DNA of 64,000 nt. Source: Candidatus Omnitrophota bacterium (GTDB lineage Bacteria; Omnitrophota; Gorgyraeia; JABMRG01; JAFGKX01). How positions within the stretch are numbered: position 1 is the stretch's first letter; every line of letters starts with the position of its first letter. The stretch covers positions 68,071-132,070 of the forward strand of contig JAZDPX010000038.1 in assembly GCA_043797125.1 (NCBI GenBank), given 5' to 3'. The notes below the pieces were generated by a model. The model made no database searches. It was not told the origin of the DNA and saw only the letters and a list, made by a program, of their open reading frames with translations. Of the stretch, positions 47,019 through 56,406 are shown in pieces. The translations under genes were made by a program, and so were the position numbers.

Positions 47019-47099
47019 CCAAGCGTGAGAAGTGTCCCCACTATATTGTTTTTACTGGTTAGGGGACATTTCTCACGCTTGGGTGAGAACCGTCCCCAA
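47003..47099. repeat. two tandem ~38-nt palindromic hairpins (GGGGAC..TTCTCAC..GTGAGAA..GTCCCC) between tsaD and mgtC
   Basis: Hairpin 1 at 47003-47040, hairpin 2 at 47061-47099. Hairpin 2 overlaps the tsaD 3' end, hairpin 1 lies in the mgtC 5' leader. Confidence 0.5.
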
Positions 47100-48093
47100 T
47101 GTTTAAATTCGGCTCTGCTTCAAGCGAATAATCGCTGCGCAGGCCTTCCTTATATAACCTATATCCCGCGGCCGCTACCATGGCGGCGTTATCCGTGCCA
47201 AGCCCGGTTTCGGGAAATAACACTTGTATACAATCACCTTTTGCTCTATCAATAAACATTTGCTGCAATGTTCTGTTAACGCTCACGCCTCCGCCAACCA
47301 GAAGCTGGGCCGCGTTTGTTCCCTTGGCCGCGTTAACAGCCTTATCCACTATGACATAAAAAATTGCCTTTTGAAAACTGGCGCATATATCATTTATATT
47401 GACTTGTTTTTTTCCCTGGCTTTGCTTTCTTATATAATAAAGTAAAGCGGTCTTTACGCCGCTAAAACTAAAATCAAAAGAGCCTTTTTCAAGAAATGCC
47501 ATTGGAAAATCCACAGCATCGGGATTTCCGCTTTTTGCCTTTTCTTCTACTATTGGTCCGCCGGGATAACCAAGCCCTAATATCTTCGCAGCCTTGTCAA
47601 ATGCCTCTCCCGCGGCGTCGTCGCGCGTCTGGCCAAGAAGCGTAAGGTCATTATAATTTTTAATAAGCGCTAAAGTTGTGTGGCCTCCTGAAACTACCAG
47701 ACCTATGCATGGAAATTTAATATTCCCCTTTAGCATGCAGGAATATATGTGCGCGTACAGATGATTTACGCCGATAAGCGGAATTTTTAAAGCCAGGCCC
47801 AATGCCTTAGCAGATGATATCCCTATCAGCAAGGCCCCTGCTAATCCAGGGCCGTAAGTTACAGCTATAAGCTCGATTTTTGAAAGATCCGCCGATGCTG
47901 CCTCAAGAGCGTCTTTGATAACATAATCGATGCACTCCAGGTGATGCCTGCACGCTATCTCCGGCACTACGCCTCCGTACTGCTTGTGCAGCTGGAGGCT
48001 AGAGGCAATTTTGTTCGACAGTATTTCTACGCCATCCTTAACGACAGACGCGGATGTTTCATCGCAAGATGTTTCTATGCCAAGCGTTAACAT
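47059..48093 (-). CDS. tsaD: tRNA N6-adenosine threonylcarbamoyltransferase
   Basis: MLTLGIETSCDETS N-terminus, HxxH metal-site region (VNHLYAHIY), Kae1/Gcp fold. Confidence 0.9.
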   Translation of the reverse strand: MLTLGIETSCDETSASVVKDGVEILSNKIASSLQLHKQYGGVVPEIACRHHLECIDYVIKDALEAASADLSKIELIAVTYGPGLAGALLIGISSAKALGLALKIPLIGVNHLYAHIYSCMLKGNIKFPCIGLVVSGGHTTLALIKNYNDLTLLGQTRDDAAGEAFDKAAKILGLGYPGGPIVEEKAKSGNPDAVDFPMAFLEKGSFDFSFSGVKTALLYYIRKQSQGKKQVNINDICASFQKAIFYVIVDKAVNAAKGTNAAQLLVGGGVSVNRTLQQMFIDRAKGDCIQVLFPETGLGTDNAAMVAAAGYRLYKEGLRSDYSLEAEPNLNIGDGSHPSVRNVP

Positions 48094-49373
48094 TATTTTT
48101 CCTTACTGAATGAACGGTATACGTTAATACCCTTAATAAGCTCAACAGCAGATTCAACCTGATTATCCTGCCTTAGCTTATTTATTCTCAAATTTATGTT
48201 ATCAATCTTGAGTTTATCAAAAATGCCCAATGTTTCTTCGACCTCTTCTTCCGTAGGCATTTGTTTTTTTAATAAAACATCGGGCATAATGCCTACATTG
48301 TGTATCTGCTCGCCGTTTGGGGTGTAATACTTGCTGGTGGTAAGCCTTATCGCAGAATTATCCCTTAACGGTATAACTGTCTGCACAGACGCCTTGCCGA
48401 AGGTAGGCGTGCCTAAGATCAGGCCTCTTTTATTATCCTTTATCGCGCCGGCCACTATTTCGGAGGCGCTTGCGCTGCCTTTATTAACCAGCACGACTAT
48501 GGGAAAATCAACACGCGCGCGATTATTTTTTGATTTAAACACCTCGTTCTGGCTGTCAACCTTGCCCTTTATGGATACTATGACCGAATCTTTTGGCAAA
48601 AATTGTTCCGCAACCTGCAAGGAAGATTCAAGAAGGCCTCCGGGGTTATTTCTTAAGTCAAGTATAAGCCCGCCGAGTTTTCCTTTTTTCTCAATGCTGC
48701 GCAGCGCCTTTTCAAGTTCCTGCGCTGTCCTTTGCTGAAAATCAGTAATGCGTATATATCCAACATTGTCCTCTAATATTAAAGCGTACTTAACAGATTT
48801 AACTTTTATAAGGGCTCTCTTTAGAACATAATCGCGAAGCGCCTCTTCATCCTCGCGCAATATGGTCAAGGTGATTTTTGTGCCGGGAAGCCCGCGCATC
48901 TTTTTAATGCATTCGTCCAGGCTTAATTCTTCGGTAGACTCGCCGTCTATTCTTATTATCCTATAGCCGGGCATTATGCCTGCCTTTTCAGCAGGAGTGC
49001 CTTCCAACGGAGTTATTATAGTCAATAAATTATCTTCAATACTAATCTCAATGCCTAAACCGCCGAATTCGCCGCCTGTATCTATCTTTATCTCCTCGTA
49101 CTGGTCCGGGGTAAGAAAACCGCTGTGAGTATCCAAAGACTGAAGCATCCCTTTTAGCGCGCCATATATCAAAGCATTCGGGTCCACCTTATCAACATAA
49201 TTTGCATTTATTATGGATATGGCATCTGCAAATAATTCGAGCTGGGTGTATATATTTTCCCTGGAAAGGGCATCGGCCTGTTCGGGTTCCTTGGGCAAGA
49301 CATTGACCGTGTAGGCGCAAATGCCTAAAATAAGTGCTGTAACAACTAAAAAGAAGGACCTTCTATTTCTCAT
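48093..49373 (-). CDS. ctpA: carboxyl-terminal processing protease (S41)
   Basis: PDZ region. LILDLRNNPGGLLE. Ser/Lys dyad region. Confidence 0.85.
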   Translation of the reverse strand: MRNRRSFFLVVTALILGICAYTVNVLPKEPEQADALSRENIYTQLELFADAISIINANYVDKVDPNALIYGALKGMLQSLDTHSGFLTPDQYEEIKIDTGGEFGGLGIEISIEDNLLTIITPLEGTPAEKAGIMPGYRIIRIDGESTEELSLDECIKKMRGLPGTKITLTILREDEEALRDYVLKRALIKVKSVKYALILEDNVGYIRITDFQQRTAQELEKALRSIEKKGKLGGLILDLRNNPGGLLESSLQVAEQFLPKDSVIVSIKGKVDSQNEVFKSKNNRARVDFPIVVLVNKGSASASEIVAGAIKDNKRGLILGTPTFGKASVQTVIPLRDNSAIRLTTSKYYTPNGEQIHNVGIMPDVLLKKQMPTEEEVEETLGIFDKLKIDNINLRINKLRQDNQVESAVELIKGINVYRSFSKEK

Positions 49374-50802
49374 CTTGCAGCTCCTCTCTTAAGAGTTTAT
49401 TTATAATGCCGGGGTTGGCCTTGCCTTTTGTGGCTTTCATTATCTGGCCTACCAAAAAAGTAATAGCAACTGCTTTTCCGTTTTTATAATCCTCGACAGC
49501 TTTTGGATTTTGTTTTAAAACCTGCCTTAATGTTTCCTTCAATTGCGCCTGGTCTGATATCTGAAGCAGGCCCTTTTCATTTACTATCTGGGAAGCGGAC
49601 TTTTGAGTTTGGATCATTTCTTTAAGTATGTCCTTGGCGATCTTGCCGCTTATTTTACCCTCACCTATCATTTGAAGCATTTCTGTTAATTGCCTTGGCG
49701 ATAACTTAAGCAGTGAAAACTGCATATTCTCGGCGTTGAGGTACTTTAATATATCGGACGTAATCCAGTTGACAATGGCTTTTGCATCAGGGTAAATTTC
49801 AACGCATTGCAGAAAAAAATCAGACATTGCCTTATCAGATACTAAAACCCCGGCGTCATAATCTGATATGGAATACTCCTGCATCAGCATTTTTTTTCTT
49901 TTTGAGGGCAGCTGGGGCATCTGCGACTTTATTTGTTCGATCAAATCAGAACCAACCTTAAACGGCACAAGGTCAGGTTCGGGAAAATACCTGTAGTCGT
50001 GCGCCTCTTCCTTTGAGCGCATAGGCCTGGTTATCTTTGCCTCGGGATCCCAAAGGCGAGTCTGCTGCGTTAATTTCTCCCCGGCTTCCAACGCCTCTTG
50101 CTGCCTCTTTTCTTCATATTCAAGCGCTGCCTTAACACCTTTAAATGAATTCATATTTTTCAATTCGATCTTAACGCCAAGTTCTTTGACCCCAAGCTGC
50201 CTTATCGAAATATTCGCGTCGCAGCGCAGGCTGCCCTTTTCCATATCGCAATCTGAGACCTCAAGGTACCTGAGCAGATTTTTAAGCGCAGCCAAATAAA
50301 TATACGCCTCCTCAGGCGAATTAATATCAGGCTCCGTAACAATCTCAAGGAGCGGAGTTCCCGAGCGGTTAAAATCCACGCAACTTGCGCCGTCTTGCTG
50401 GTGCAATAACTTGCCGGCATCCTCCTCCATATGAACCCTTTTAATTCTGACTGCCTTTATAGAGCCGTCTTCCTTGATAATTTCAAGAGAGCCGTTATTT
50501 GAAAGCGGCATATCGTATTGCGAGATCTGGTAATTTTTCGGCAAGTCTGGATAAAAATAATTTTTCCTGTCGAATTTCATTTTAGCGAATATTTTACAAT
50601 CCAGCGCCAGGGCAACCTTTATGGCGTATTCCAGATACTGCCTGTTTAAAACAGGCAGCGAGCCGGGAAACCCCAGGCACACGGGACATGTTGCCGAGTT
50701 CGGCTCTTGGCCGAATTCATTCCTGCAGCCGCAGAAAGCCTTTGTGCGCGTAAAAAGCTGCAAGTGCACTTCAAGGCCTATTACTGTCTCGTAATTGCTC
50801 AT
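49363..50802 (-). CDS. gatB: Asp-tRNA(Asn)/Glu-tRNA(Gln) amidotransferase subunit B
   Basis: MSNYETVIGLEVHLQL N-terminus. GatB/YqeY C-terminal domain. Confidence 0.95.
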   Translation of the reverse strand: MSNYETVIGLEVHLQLFTRTKAFCGCRNEFGQEPNSATCPVCLGFPGSLPVLNRQYLEYAIKVALALDCKIFAKMKFDRKNYFYPDLPKNYQISQYDMPLSNNGSLEIIKEDGSIKAVRIKRVHMEEDAGKLLHQQDGASCVDFNRSGTPLLEIVTEPDINSPEEAYIYLAALKNLLRYLEVSDCDMEKGSLRCDANISIRQLGVKELGVKIELKNMNSFKGVKAALEYEEKRQQEALEAGEKLTQQTRLWDPEAKITRPMRSKEEAHDYRYFPEPDLVPFKVGSDLIEQIKSQMPQLPSKRKKMLMQEYSISDYDAGVLVSDKAMSDFFLQCVEIYPDAKAIVNWITSDILKYLNAENMQFSLLKLSPRQLTEMLQMIGEGKISGKIAKDILKEMIQTQKSASQIVNEKGLLQISDQAQLKETLRQVLKQNPKAVEDYKNGKAVAITFLVGQIMKATKGKANPGIINKLLREELQDEK

Positions 50803-52250
50803 AACTTCGGCTTAATCCTTTGCCAGTTTGCGTTTTGCTCATAAGTATACGCGGCCCTGAAAAGTTCGGGCTCATCAAAAGGTTTTGCAGCCAGCTGCAG
50901 GCCGATGGGCAATGAATCTTTAGTATAGCCGCATGGAACAGATATTGCTGGTATGCCTGCCAGGTTGGCCGGTATAGTGAATATATCGGAAAGATACATC
51001 TGCAGCGGGTCTTTTAGCCTCTCATTTAATCTGAATGCCGGCGTCGGAGAAGTAGGCGTCAGAATAATATCGCATTTTTTAAATGCCTCGTCAAAATCTC
51101 TTTTTATTAACGACCTTACCTTCTGCGCCTTAAGATAATACGCGTCATAATAACCGCTGCTTAACGAATATGTGCCGAGTATTATTCTCCTTTTAGCCTC
51201 GTCGCCGAAACCTTTGGCCCTTGTCTTGAAATACATGTCCATCAAAGAAGATGCGTTATCGCGCAGGCCATATTGCACGCCGTCATACCTGGCGAGGTTG
51301 GAGCTTGCTTCAGAACATGCAATTATATAATATGTTGCCACGGCGTAATCAGTATGCGGCAAACTAATATCCATAATTTCAGCTCCTAAATCCCTGAAAA
51401 CTTTTACCGCCTGATTAACAGCATCTTTGACTTCGCGGTCTAAGCCTTCTATAAAGTATTCTTTAGGCAGCCCTATCTTCATTGCTCTTACATCATTTAC
51501 AAGGCTCTTTGTATAATCCGGCACAGGCACATCTGCGCAGGTCGTATCCATAGGATCATATCCTGCTATTGCGTTCATAAGCAGGCACGAGTCCCTTACA
51601 TCCTTTGTAATCGGGCCGATCTGGTCCAGGCTCGATGCAAAAGCTATAAGCCCGTACCTTGACACCCTGCCGTAAGTAGGCTTTAATCCTACAACCCCGC
51701 AAAGGCCGGCAGGCTGCCTGATGGAGCCGCCTGTATCAGAACCTAAAGCGAACACTGCTTCATCAGCTGCGACTAATGCCGCTGACCCGCCGCTTGAGCC
51801 TCCGGGAATTCTATCCAGGTCATATGGATTTTTTGTAGCCCCGTAACAGGATGTCTCGCATGAAGAGCCGAAAGCAAATTCATCCATATTTGCCTTGCCT
51901 AAAAATAACACACTTTGCGATTTAAGTTTAGAAATAACAGTTGAATCATAAGGCGGCTTAAAACCTTCAAGTATTTTTGACGCGCAGGTTGTCAGCTCAT
52001 TCTTAACGCAGATGTTGTCCTTTATAGCTATCGGGATTCCGTATAGGGGCCCATTGCCTTTCTGCTTATTTAACGCTTCTGCCTTTTTTATAACATCGCT
52101 TTTATCAAAATGCGCAAAGCCATGCACCTTTGGCTCTACTGCTTCTATTCTGCTAATAAAGCTCAAAGCGATATCTTCAACAGAAATAGAATTGTCCCTG
52201 ATTTTCTCCTGCAACTGTTGAGCGGTTAAGCCATATAATTGCTTTTCCAT
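50799..52250 (-). CDS. gatA: Glu-tRNA(Gln) amidotransferase subunit A
   Basis: Amidase signature GGSSGGSAALVAA. Confidence 0.95.
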   Translation of the reverse strand: MEKQLYGLTAQQLQEKIRDNSISVEDIALSFISRIEAVEPKVHGFAHFDKSDVIKKAEALNKQKGNGPLYGIPIAIKDNICVKNELTTCASKILEGFKPPYDSTVISKLKSQSVLFLGKANMDEFAFGSSCETSCYGATKNPYDLDRIPGGSSGGSAALVAADEAVFALGSDTGGSIRQPAGLCGVVGLKPTYGRVSRYGLIAFASSLDQIGPITKDVRDSCLLMNAIAGYDPMDTTCADVPVPDYTKSLVNDVRAMKIGLPKEYFIEGLDREVKDAVNQAVKVFRDLGAEIMDISLPHTDYAVATYYIIACSEASSNLARYDGVQYGLRDNASSLMDMYFKTRAKGFGDEAKRRIILGTYSLSSGYYDAYYLKAQKVRSLIKRDFDEAFKKCDIILTPTSPTPAFRLNERLKDPLQMYLSDIFTIPANLAGIPAISVPCGYTKDSLPIGLQLAAKPFDEPELFRAAYTYEQNANWQRIKPKL

Positions 52251-52260
52251 TATTTTCTAC

Positions 52261-52294
52261 TTTAACCTTTATCCTTTAACCTTTATCCTTTCAC
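52261..52294 (-). promoter_or_regulatory. purine-rich leader motif (AAAGGATAAAGGTTAA)x2 upstream of gatA, overlapping gatC stop
   Basis: Plus strand tttaacctttatcctttaacctttatcctttcac. Provides the only SD-like sequences before the gatA ATG (52250). Confidence 0.4.
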
Positions 52295-52578
52295 TCAATT
52301 ACTTTCGGTACTTCAAAAAATCCATTTTTCACAGACGGCGCGTTCTTAAGCGCGTCTTCTACGCTTAGAGATTTCTTTACATTATCGTCTCTTAAGACAT
52401 TAAACATGTCCAGCGCGTGGCTTAAGGGCTCAACCTTGCTTGTGTCAAGCTCGTTTAGTTTTTCTATGTACTCAAGAATGCTGTTTAAATGCCTGGATAA
52501 AACGCTGGCCTGCGCGTGTGTAAGGTCAATTCGCGCCAGCTTGGCTGTGTATTTGATTTGATCAGTTTTTATTCTCAT
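52291..52578 (-). CDS. gatC: Glu-tRNA(Gln) amidotransferase subunit C
   Basis: 95 aa, LARIDLT...EKLNELDT pattern. Precedes gatA. Confidence 0.8.
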   Translation of the reverse strand: MRIKTDQIKYTAKLARIDLTHAQASVLSRHLNSILEYIEKLNELDTSKVEPLSHALDMFNVLRDDNVKKSLSVEDALKNAPSVKNGFFEVPKVIE

Positions 52579-53389
52579 TTTCCGGTAAATTTTGCGCTAT
52601 GCAAGCGAATTCCTGCAGGTTCAAGGTCTCCGCGCGCCTGGTTGGCGCGATACTCAAGCCTTCAAGCACCTGTATTATCTGCTGCTTATTCAAACTTGTT
52701 AAACCCGCGCTGGACAAGGCATTGGCAAGGGTCTTGCGCCTTTTGCTAAATCCGGCATTTATGACTTTTAAAAAAAATTGCTCGTCATTAACCTTAACGG
52801 CCGGGGTTTGTAAAAAATCCAATTTGACAAAAGCTGATTCTACGGAAGGCGCAGGATAAAATACCCCTTTTGGTATATAAAAAACAATCTGCGGTTTTGT
52901 GTAAACTTGAACGAAACAGCTTAAGGAGCCGTAGGTCTTTCCACCGGGCGAAGCTGTCAGCCTTTGCGCCACTTCTTTTTGAACAGTGATAAACGCGCTT
53001 TGTAAATATTGCCTGTTATCTATCAAATAAGCTATAATCGGCGTTGTAATATAATACGGCAGGTTTCCAATAACCTTAAGCTTGATTTTGCAGATCTCAC
53101 TCTGCGCTTTTATATCGAATTTCAGGATATCGGAATGCACAATCTCCACATTTTCGCAACCGGAATATTTTTCCCGCAAAAACGAAAATAATCTTTTATC
53201 AAACTCGACTGCTGTTAATCTTTTGCAGGCTAAGGCAAGCCCGGATGTAAGCGCGCCCATGCCAGGGCCTATTTCCAGAAGAGAGTCTTTTTTTGTAAAA
53301 GCGCAGGCGTTTAAAATCTTTTCTATGTATCTTTTATCCGTTAAAAAATTCTGCCCTAGGCGCTTATTTGCGCTTAATCTTTTGTGCAT
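52562..53389 (-). CDS. rsmA: 16S rRNA (adenine1518/1519-N6)-dimethyltransferase
   Basis: LGQNFL N-terminus, EIGPGMGALT SAM motif. ksgA-pdxA-surA synteny. Confidence 0.9.
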   Translation of the reverse strand: MHKRLSANKRLGQNFLTDKRYIEKILNACAFTKKDSLLEIGPGMGALTSGLALACKRLTAVEFDKRLFSFLREKYSGCENVEIVHSDILKFDIKAQSEICKIKLKVIGNLPYYITTPIIAYLIDNRQYLQSAFITVQKEVAQRLTASPGGKTYGSLSCFVQVYTKPQIVFYIPKGVFYPAPSVESAFVKLDFLQTPAVKVNDEQFFLKVINAGFSKRRKTLANALSSAGLTSLNKQQIIQVLEGLSIAPTRRAETLNLQEFACIAQNLPENENKN

Positions 53390-54401
53390 TATTTACCATA
53401 GAGATCGCAAAGTTTACCGCGCAGGCAAAGCTTTGGGGATTGGCCATGTTTTTGCCTGCTATGTCAAACGCGGTTCCGTGGGCAGGGGATGTACGCACAA
53501 AGCCAAGCCCTAATGTTATATTCACTGCCTCATCCCGCGCAACCATCTTAAGAGGTATCAATCCCTGGTCATGATACATTGATAATATCACGTCAAAATC
53601 ACCGTTATATGCCTGGTAAAATAAGCTGTCTGCAGGATACGGGCCAGAGACATTTATGCCGCAAGCAGCGCAATGTTTTACTGCAGGAATTATTATATCC
53701 TTTTCCTCTGTGCCCATTGTGCCGAATTCGCCTGCGTGAGGATTAAGCGCGCATATGCCTATCTTGGCAAACTCTACATTAAAATAATCCTTCATCCATG
53801 CATCAATCAGGGAAATAATAGACACGAGTTTCTTTTTTGTCAATGCGCTAGAAACTAAAGAAATCGGTATATGCGTAGTGGCAAGCACCACTGTCAATGG
53901 CCCGCCGGTGAGCATCATGGCTGTTGTTTTTGCGCCTGACAAGAAGCTTAAAAATTCCGTATGGCCCTGGTACTTAAAACCGCCCATTTTCGCGGAATAT
54001 TTGTTAATCGGGGCTGTTACAATGGCGTCAGCTGCCTTTTTTTGTATTAAGGAATGCGCTTCTCTAATGTAATCGATAGCCGCCTTGCCGCATTCAGCGG
54101 TAGCCTTCGCGTATTCGAATTTCTTTGGATTTATGTTTTTAAGATCCAAGAGCAAAATGCCGCAATCTTTAAAATCTGGCGTGCCTGCGCTGTTTATTAT
54201 ATCGAATTCGAAACCTGCGCCGGCCAGCGCAATTGCCTTTTTAAAAACAAAAGCGTCGCCCACTACAATAAAATCTGCTGCTTCTTCTACTTTCGGGTCA
54301 GATAAAAACTTTGCAATTATTTCAGGGCCTACGCCTGCAGGATCCCCCATGGTAATGCATATCGCGGGCTTATCTCTGCGTAAGGCTTTATTTGATTTCA
54401 A
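53364..54401 (-). CDS. pdxA: 4-hydroxythreonine-4-phosphate dehydrogenase
   Basis: ICITMGDPAGVGPEI N-terminus, HTEFL, MYHDQGL motifs. Confidence 0.9.
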   Translation of the reverse strand: MKSNKALRRDKPAICITMGDPAGVGPEIIAKFLSDPKVEEAADFIVVGDAFVFKKAIALAGAGFEFDIINSAGTPDFKDCGILLLDLKNINPKKFEYAKATAECGKAAIDYIREAHSLIQKKAADAIVTAPINKYSAKMGGFKYQGHTEFLSFLSGAKTTAMMLTGGPLTVVLATTHIPISLVSSALTKKKLVSIISLIDAWMKDYFNVEFAKIGICALNPHAGEFGTMGTEEKDIIIPAVKHCAACGINVSGPYPADSLFYQAYNGDFDVILSMYHDQGLIPLKMVARDEAVNITLGLGFVRTSPAHGTAFDIAGKNMANPQSFACAVNFAISMVNNAQKIKRK

Positions 54402-55419
54402 GATAGGCGTCCTTCTTCAGCTTATCAACAAACTCCCTGAGCATAAGCTCAGCTTCCCTTTCATAAAGCCTTTCTCTTATTCTGGCGGTAGCGTCTTTTA
54501 GCGAAAATTCGAGTTCCTGCATTTTTTCAGCCACTTTCACGATATTGCATCCAGCGGAGGTCTCGATAACGTCGGATACTTCATTGTTTTTTAATGAAAA
54601 TATCGCATCGTCTATTTCCTTCATCATTGTGCCTTTAGAAACAAAACCCATATCGCCGCCATCATCGGCCTTGGGGCCTTCAGAGTATTTGGTTGCCAGA
54701 CCAGAGAAGTCTTCGCCGGAATTTATCCTGTCAAGCAGTTCTCTGGCAAACACTCTTACTGTGTCTTTTTCCTGATCCGGTTTAAATTTTAAAACGATAA
54801 TGCTGAATTTGACGCTTGCCGGCTGCACGAACTCATTTTTGTGCCCGTAATAATATGCGGCTATCTGCGTAGGAGATACGTTTATATTATGAGAAACAAT
54901 CCCGTTAACCAGCTCCCTGATCATAAGCTGGTTTTTATACTTTGCCCTTAGTTTATCTATCGTAAGCCCTGATGCGGAAATAGCTTTATCAAACTCTTCT
55001 TCTGATTCGAACTTCGTTTTTACGCTTTTAACGGCATCTTCTATGTCGGCCTCGTCTACCTGGATATTGCGCTTATTTGCCTCCTGCATAATCAGCTTTT
55101 CCTCTATCAGTCTGTTTAACGCGTCGTTTTTTGCAGTATCAAGCTTGTCTTGCGTCATTTCAGAGCCGTATCTTAAATTGTAATCGGCTATAAAAGCTGC
55201 TGTAAACTCGTCGAGTTCGCTTTGCGTTATTATTTCGTCATTCACAATCGCGACTATCTTATCAACGGTCTGGGCGCAATAAACCGGCGGTAAAAAAACT
55301 GCGCAAAATAAAATAAATACTAAACCTGAAAAAAATCTAATCATTTTCCGCAACCTCTTCTTCGGATACCGGCTCTGCCAGCGATGGCTCCGTCGGCGCC
55401 TCCTTAAAAGCCTCTTCAT
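54388..55419 (-). CDS. surA: SurA-like periplasmic chaperone / parvulin PPIase
   Basis: DKIVAIVNDEIITQSELD SurA N-domain start. Parvulin domain (GGDMGFVSKG). Real start likely an internal Met. Confidence 0.65.
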   Translation of the reverse strand: MKRLLRRRRRSHRWQSRYPKKRLRKMIRFFSGLVFILFCAVFLPPVYCAQTVDKIVAIVNDEIITQSELDEFTAAFIADYNLRYGSEMTQDKLDTAKNDALNRLIEEKLIMQEANKRNIQVDEADIEDAVKSVKTKFESEEEFDKAISASGLTIDKLRAKYKNQLMIRELVNGIVSHNINVSPTQIAAYYYGHKNEFVQPASVKFSIIVLKFKPDQEKDTVRVFARELLDRINSGEDFSGLATKYSEGPKADDGGDMGFVSKGTMMKEIDDAIFSLKNNEVSDVIETSAGCNIVKVAEKMQELEFSLKDATARIRERLYEREAELMLREFVDKLKKDAYLEIK

Positions 55420-56251
55420 TAATAACTATTTTGGCTTTAGATTTTAGCGCTTCGACAAGGGCCTTAAACTGCTCCTGTTTTGTTTGGTCGAGTAGTTTTG
55501 ATTCTATAGTCTCTTTTACTTCGCCAAGCTGCTTGTATTCGGCGGCGCGCTTATCCGTGACTTTTATTATATGGTATCCAAACCTGGTCTTAACAATGCC
55601 GCTTGTCTGGCCAGGCTTAATGGCAAAACACACATTTTCAAATTCCGGTATCATCTGGCCCCTTTGGAAATATCCCAAATCCCCGCCCCTGTCCTTTGTC
55701 AGGTCCTTCGAATATTTGCGCGCCAAATCGCTAAAATCAGCTCCCGCGTCAAGCTCGGCTAATACATTCTTTGCTTCGTCTTCAGAGCTTAGAAGTATAT
55801 GTGACGCCTTAACCTTTTCCGGAATCAGGAATTGTTCCTTATTTTGCCTGTAATACAGCTCTATATCTTCGTCAGAAATCGGGTCTTCTACTGATGTCTC
55901 TATTTCAAGAAGCTTGGCAATAAGAATCTTCTTTGCGGCCTTATCAATGAGTTTCTTCACGTCATCGTCTTTGTGTAATTTCCTTTTTCTTGCTTCCTCG
56001 TAAAGAAGTTTTTCGACAATCACGTCGTCTAATATTTCTTTCTTATGCTGGGTCGCGGCAGACTGGTAATATTCGGGAAGCTCATCAATTTTGTCATTAA
56101 GCATGACTTCTGTAATGGTCTCGTTATTTACCTTGGCAACGATTTTTTTGTCCATGGGCGCCTTGGCGCATCCGGATATAATTAAAGATATACTTATTAA
56201 TAGTATAATATATTTCATATTAGCTCCTTTACGGTAGGTAAACTTCTTCAT
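55337..56251 (-). CDS. PpiC-type peptidyl-prolyl isomerase lipoprotein (PrsA-like)
   Basis: Lipobox-like LIISGCAK. Parvulin motif GYHIIKV. Confidence 0.65.
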   Translation of the reverse strand: MKKFTYRKGANMKYIILLISISLIISGCAKAPMDKKIVAKVNNETITEVMLNDKIDELPEYYQSAATQHKKEILDDVIVEKLLYEEARKRKLHKDDDVKKLIDKAAKKILIAKLLEIETSVEDPISDEDIELYYRQNKEQFLIPEKVKASHILLSSEDEAKNVLAELDAGADFSDLARKYSKDLTKDRGGDLGYFQRGQMIPEFENVCFAIKPGQTSGIVKTRFGYHIIKVTDKRAAEYKQLGEVKETIESKLLDQTKQEQFKALVEALKSKAKIVINEEAFKEAPTEPSLAEPVSEEEVAEND

Positions 56252-56310
56252 ATTGTATCACAGTCGTTTTTTATCCACAAGGTAATTTTTGATGACGTCT
56301 AAAAGGTTTT

Positions 56311-56406
56311 TCACAGATTAACACAGATTAGAAGATGCAAGATGATCACAGATATCAACACGAATCTGTGATCATCTGTTTCTTTTCATCTGCGATCATC
56401 TGTGTA
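56311..56406. repeat. ~100-bp hairpin-rich element (cacagatgatc family), copy B, inverted relative to copy A
   Basis: Reverse complement aligns with 46367-46468 (tacacagatgatcgcagat...gatgatcacagatt...atctgtgat.atcttgcatctt.taatctgtg.taatctgtg). Supplies the last 7 codons and stop of mfd. Confidence 0.55.
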
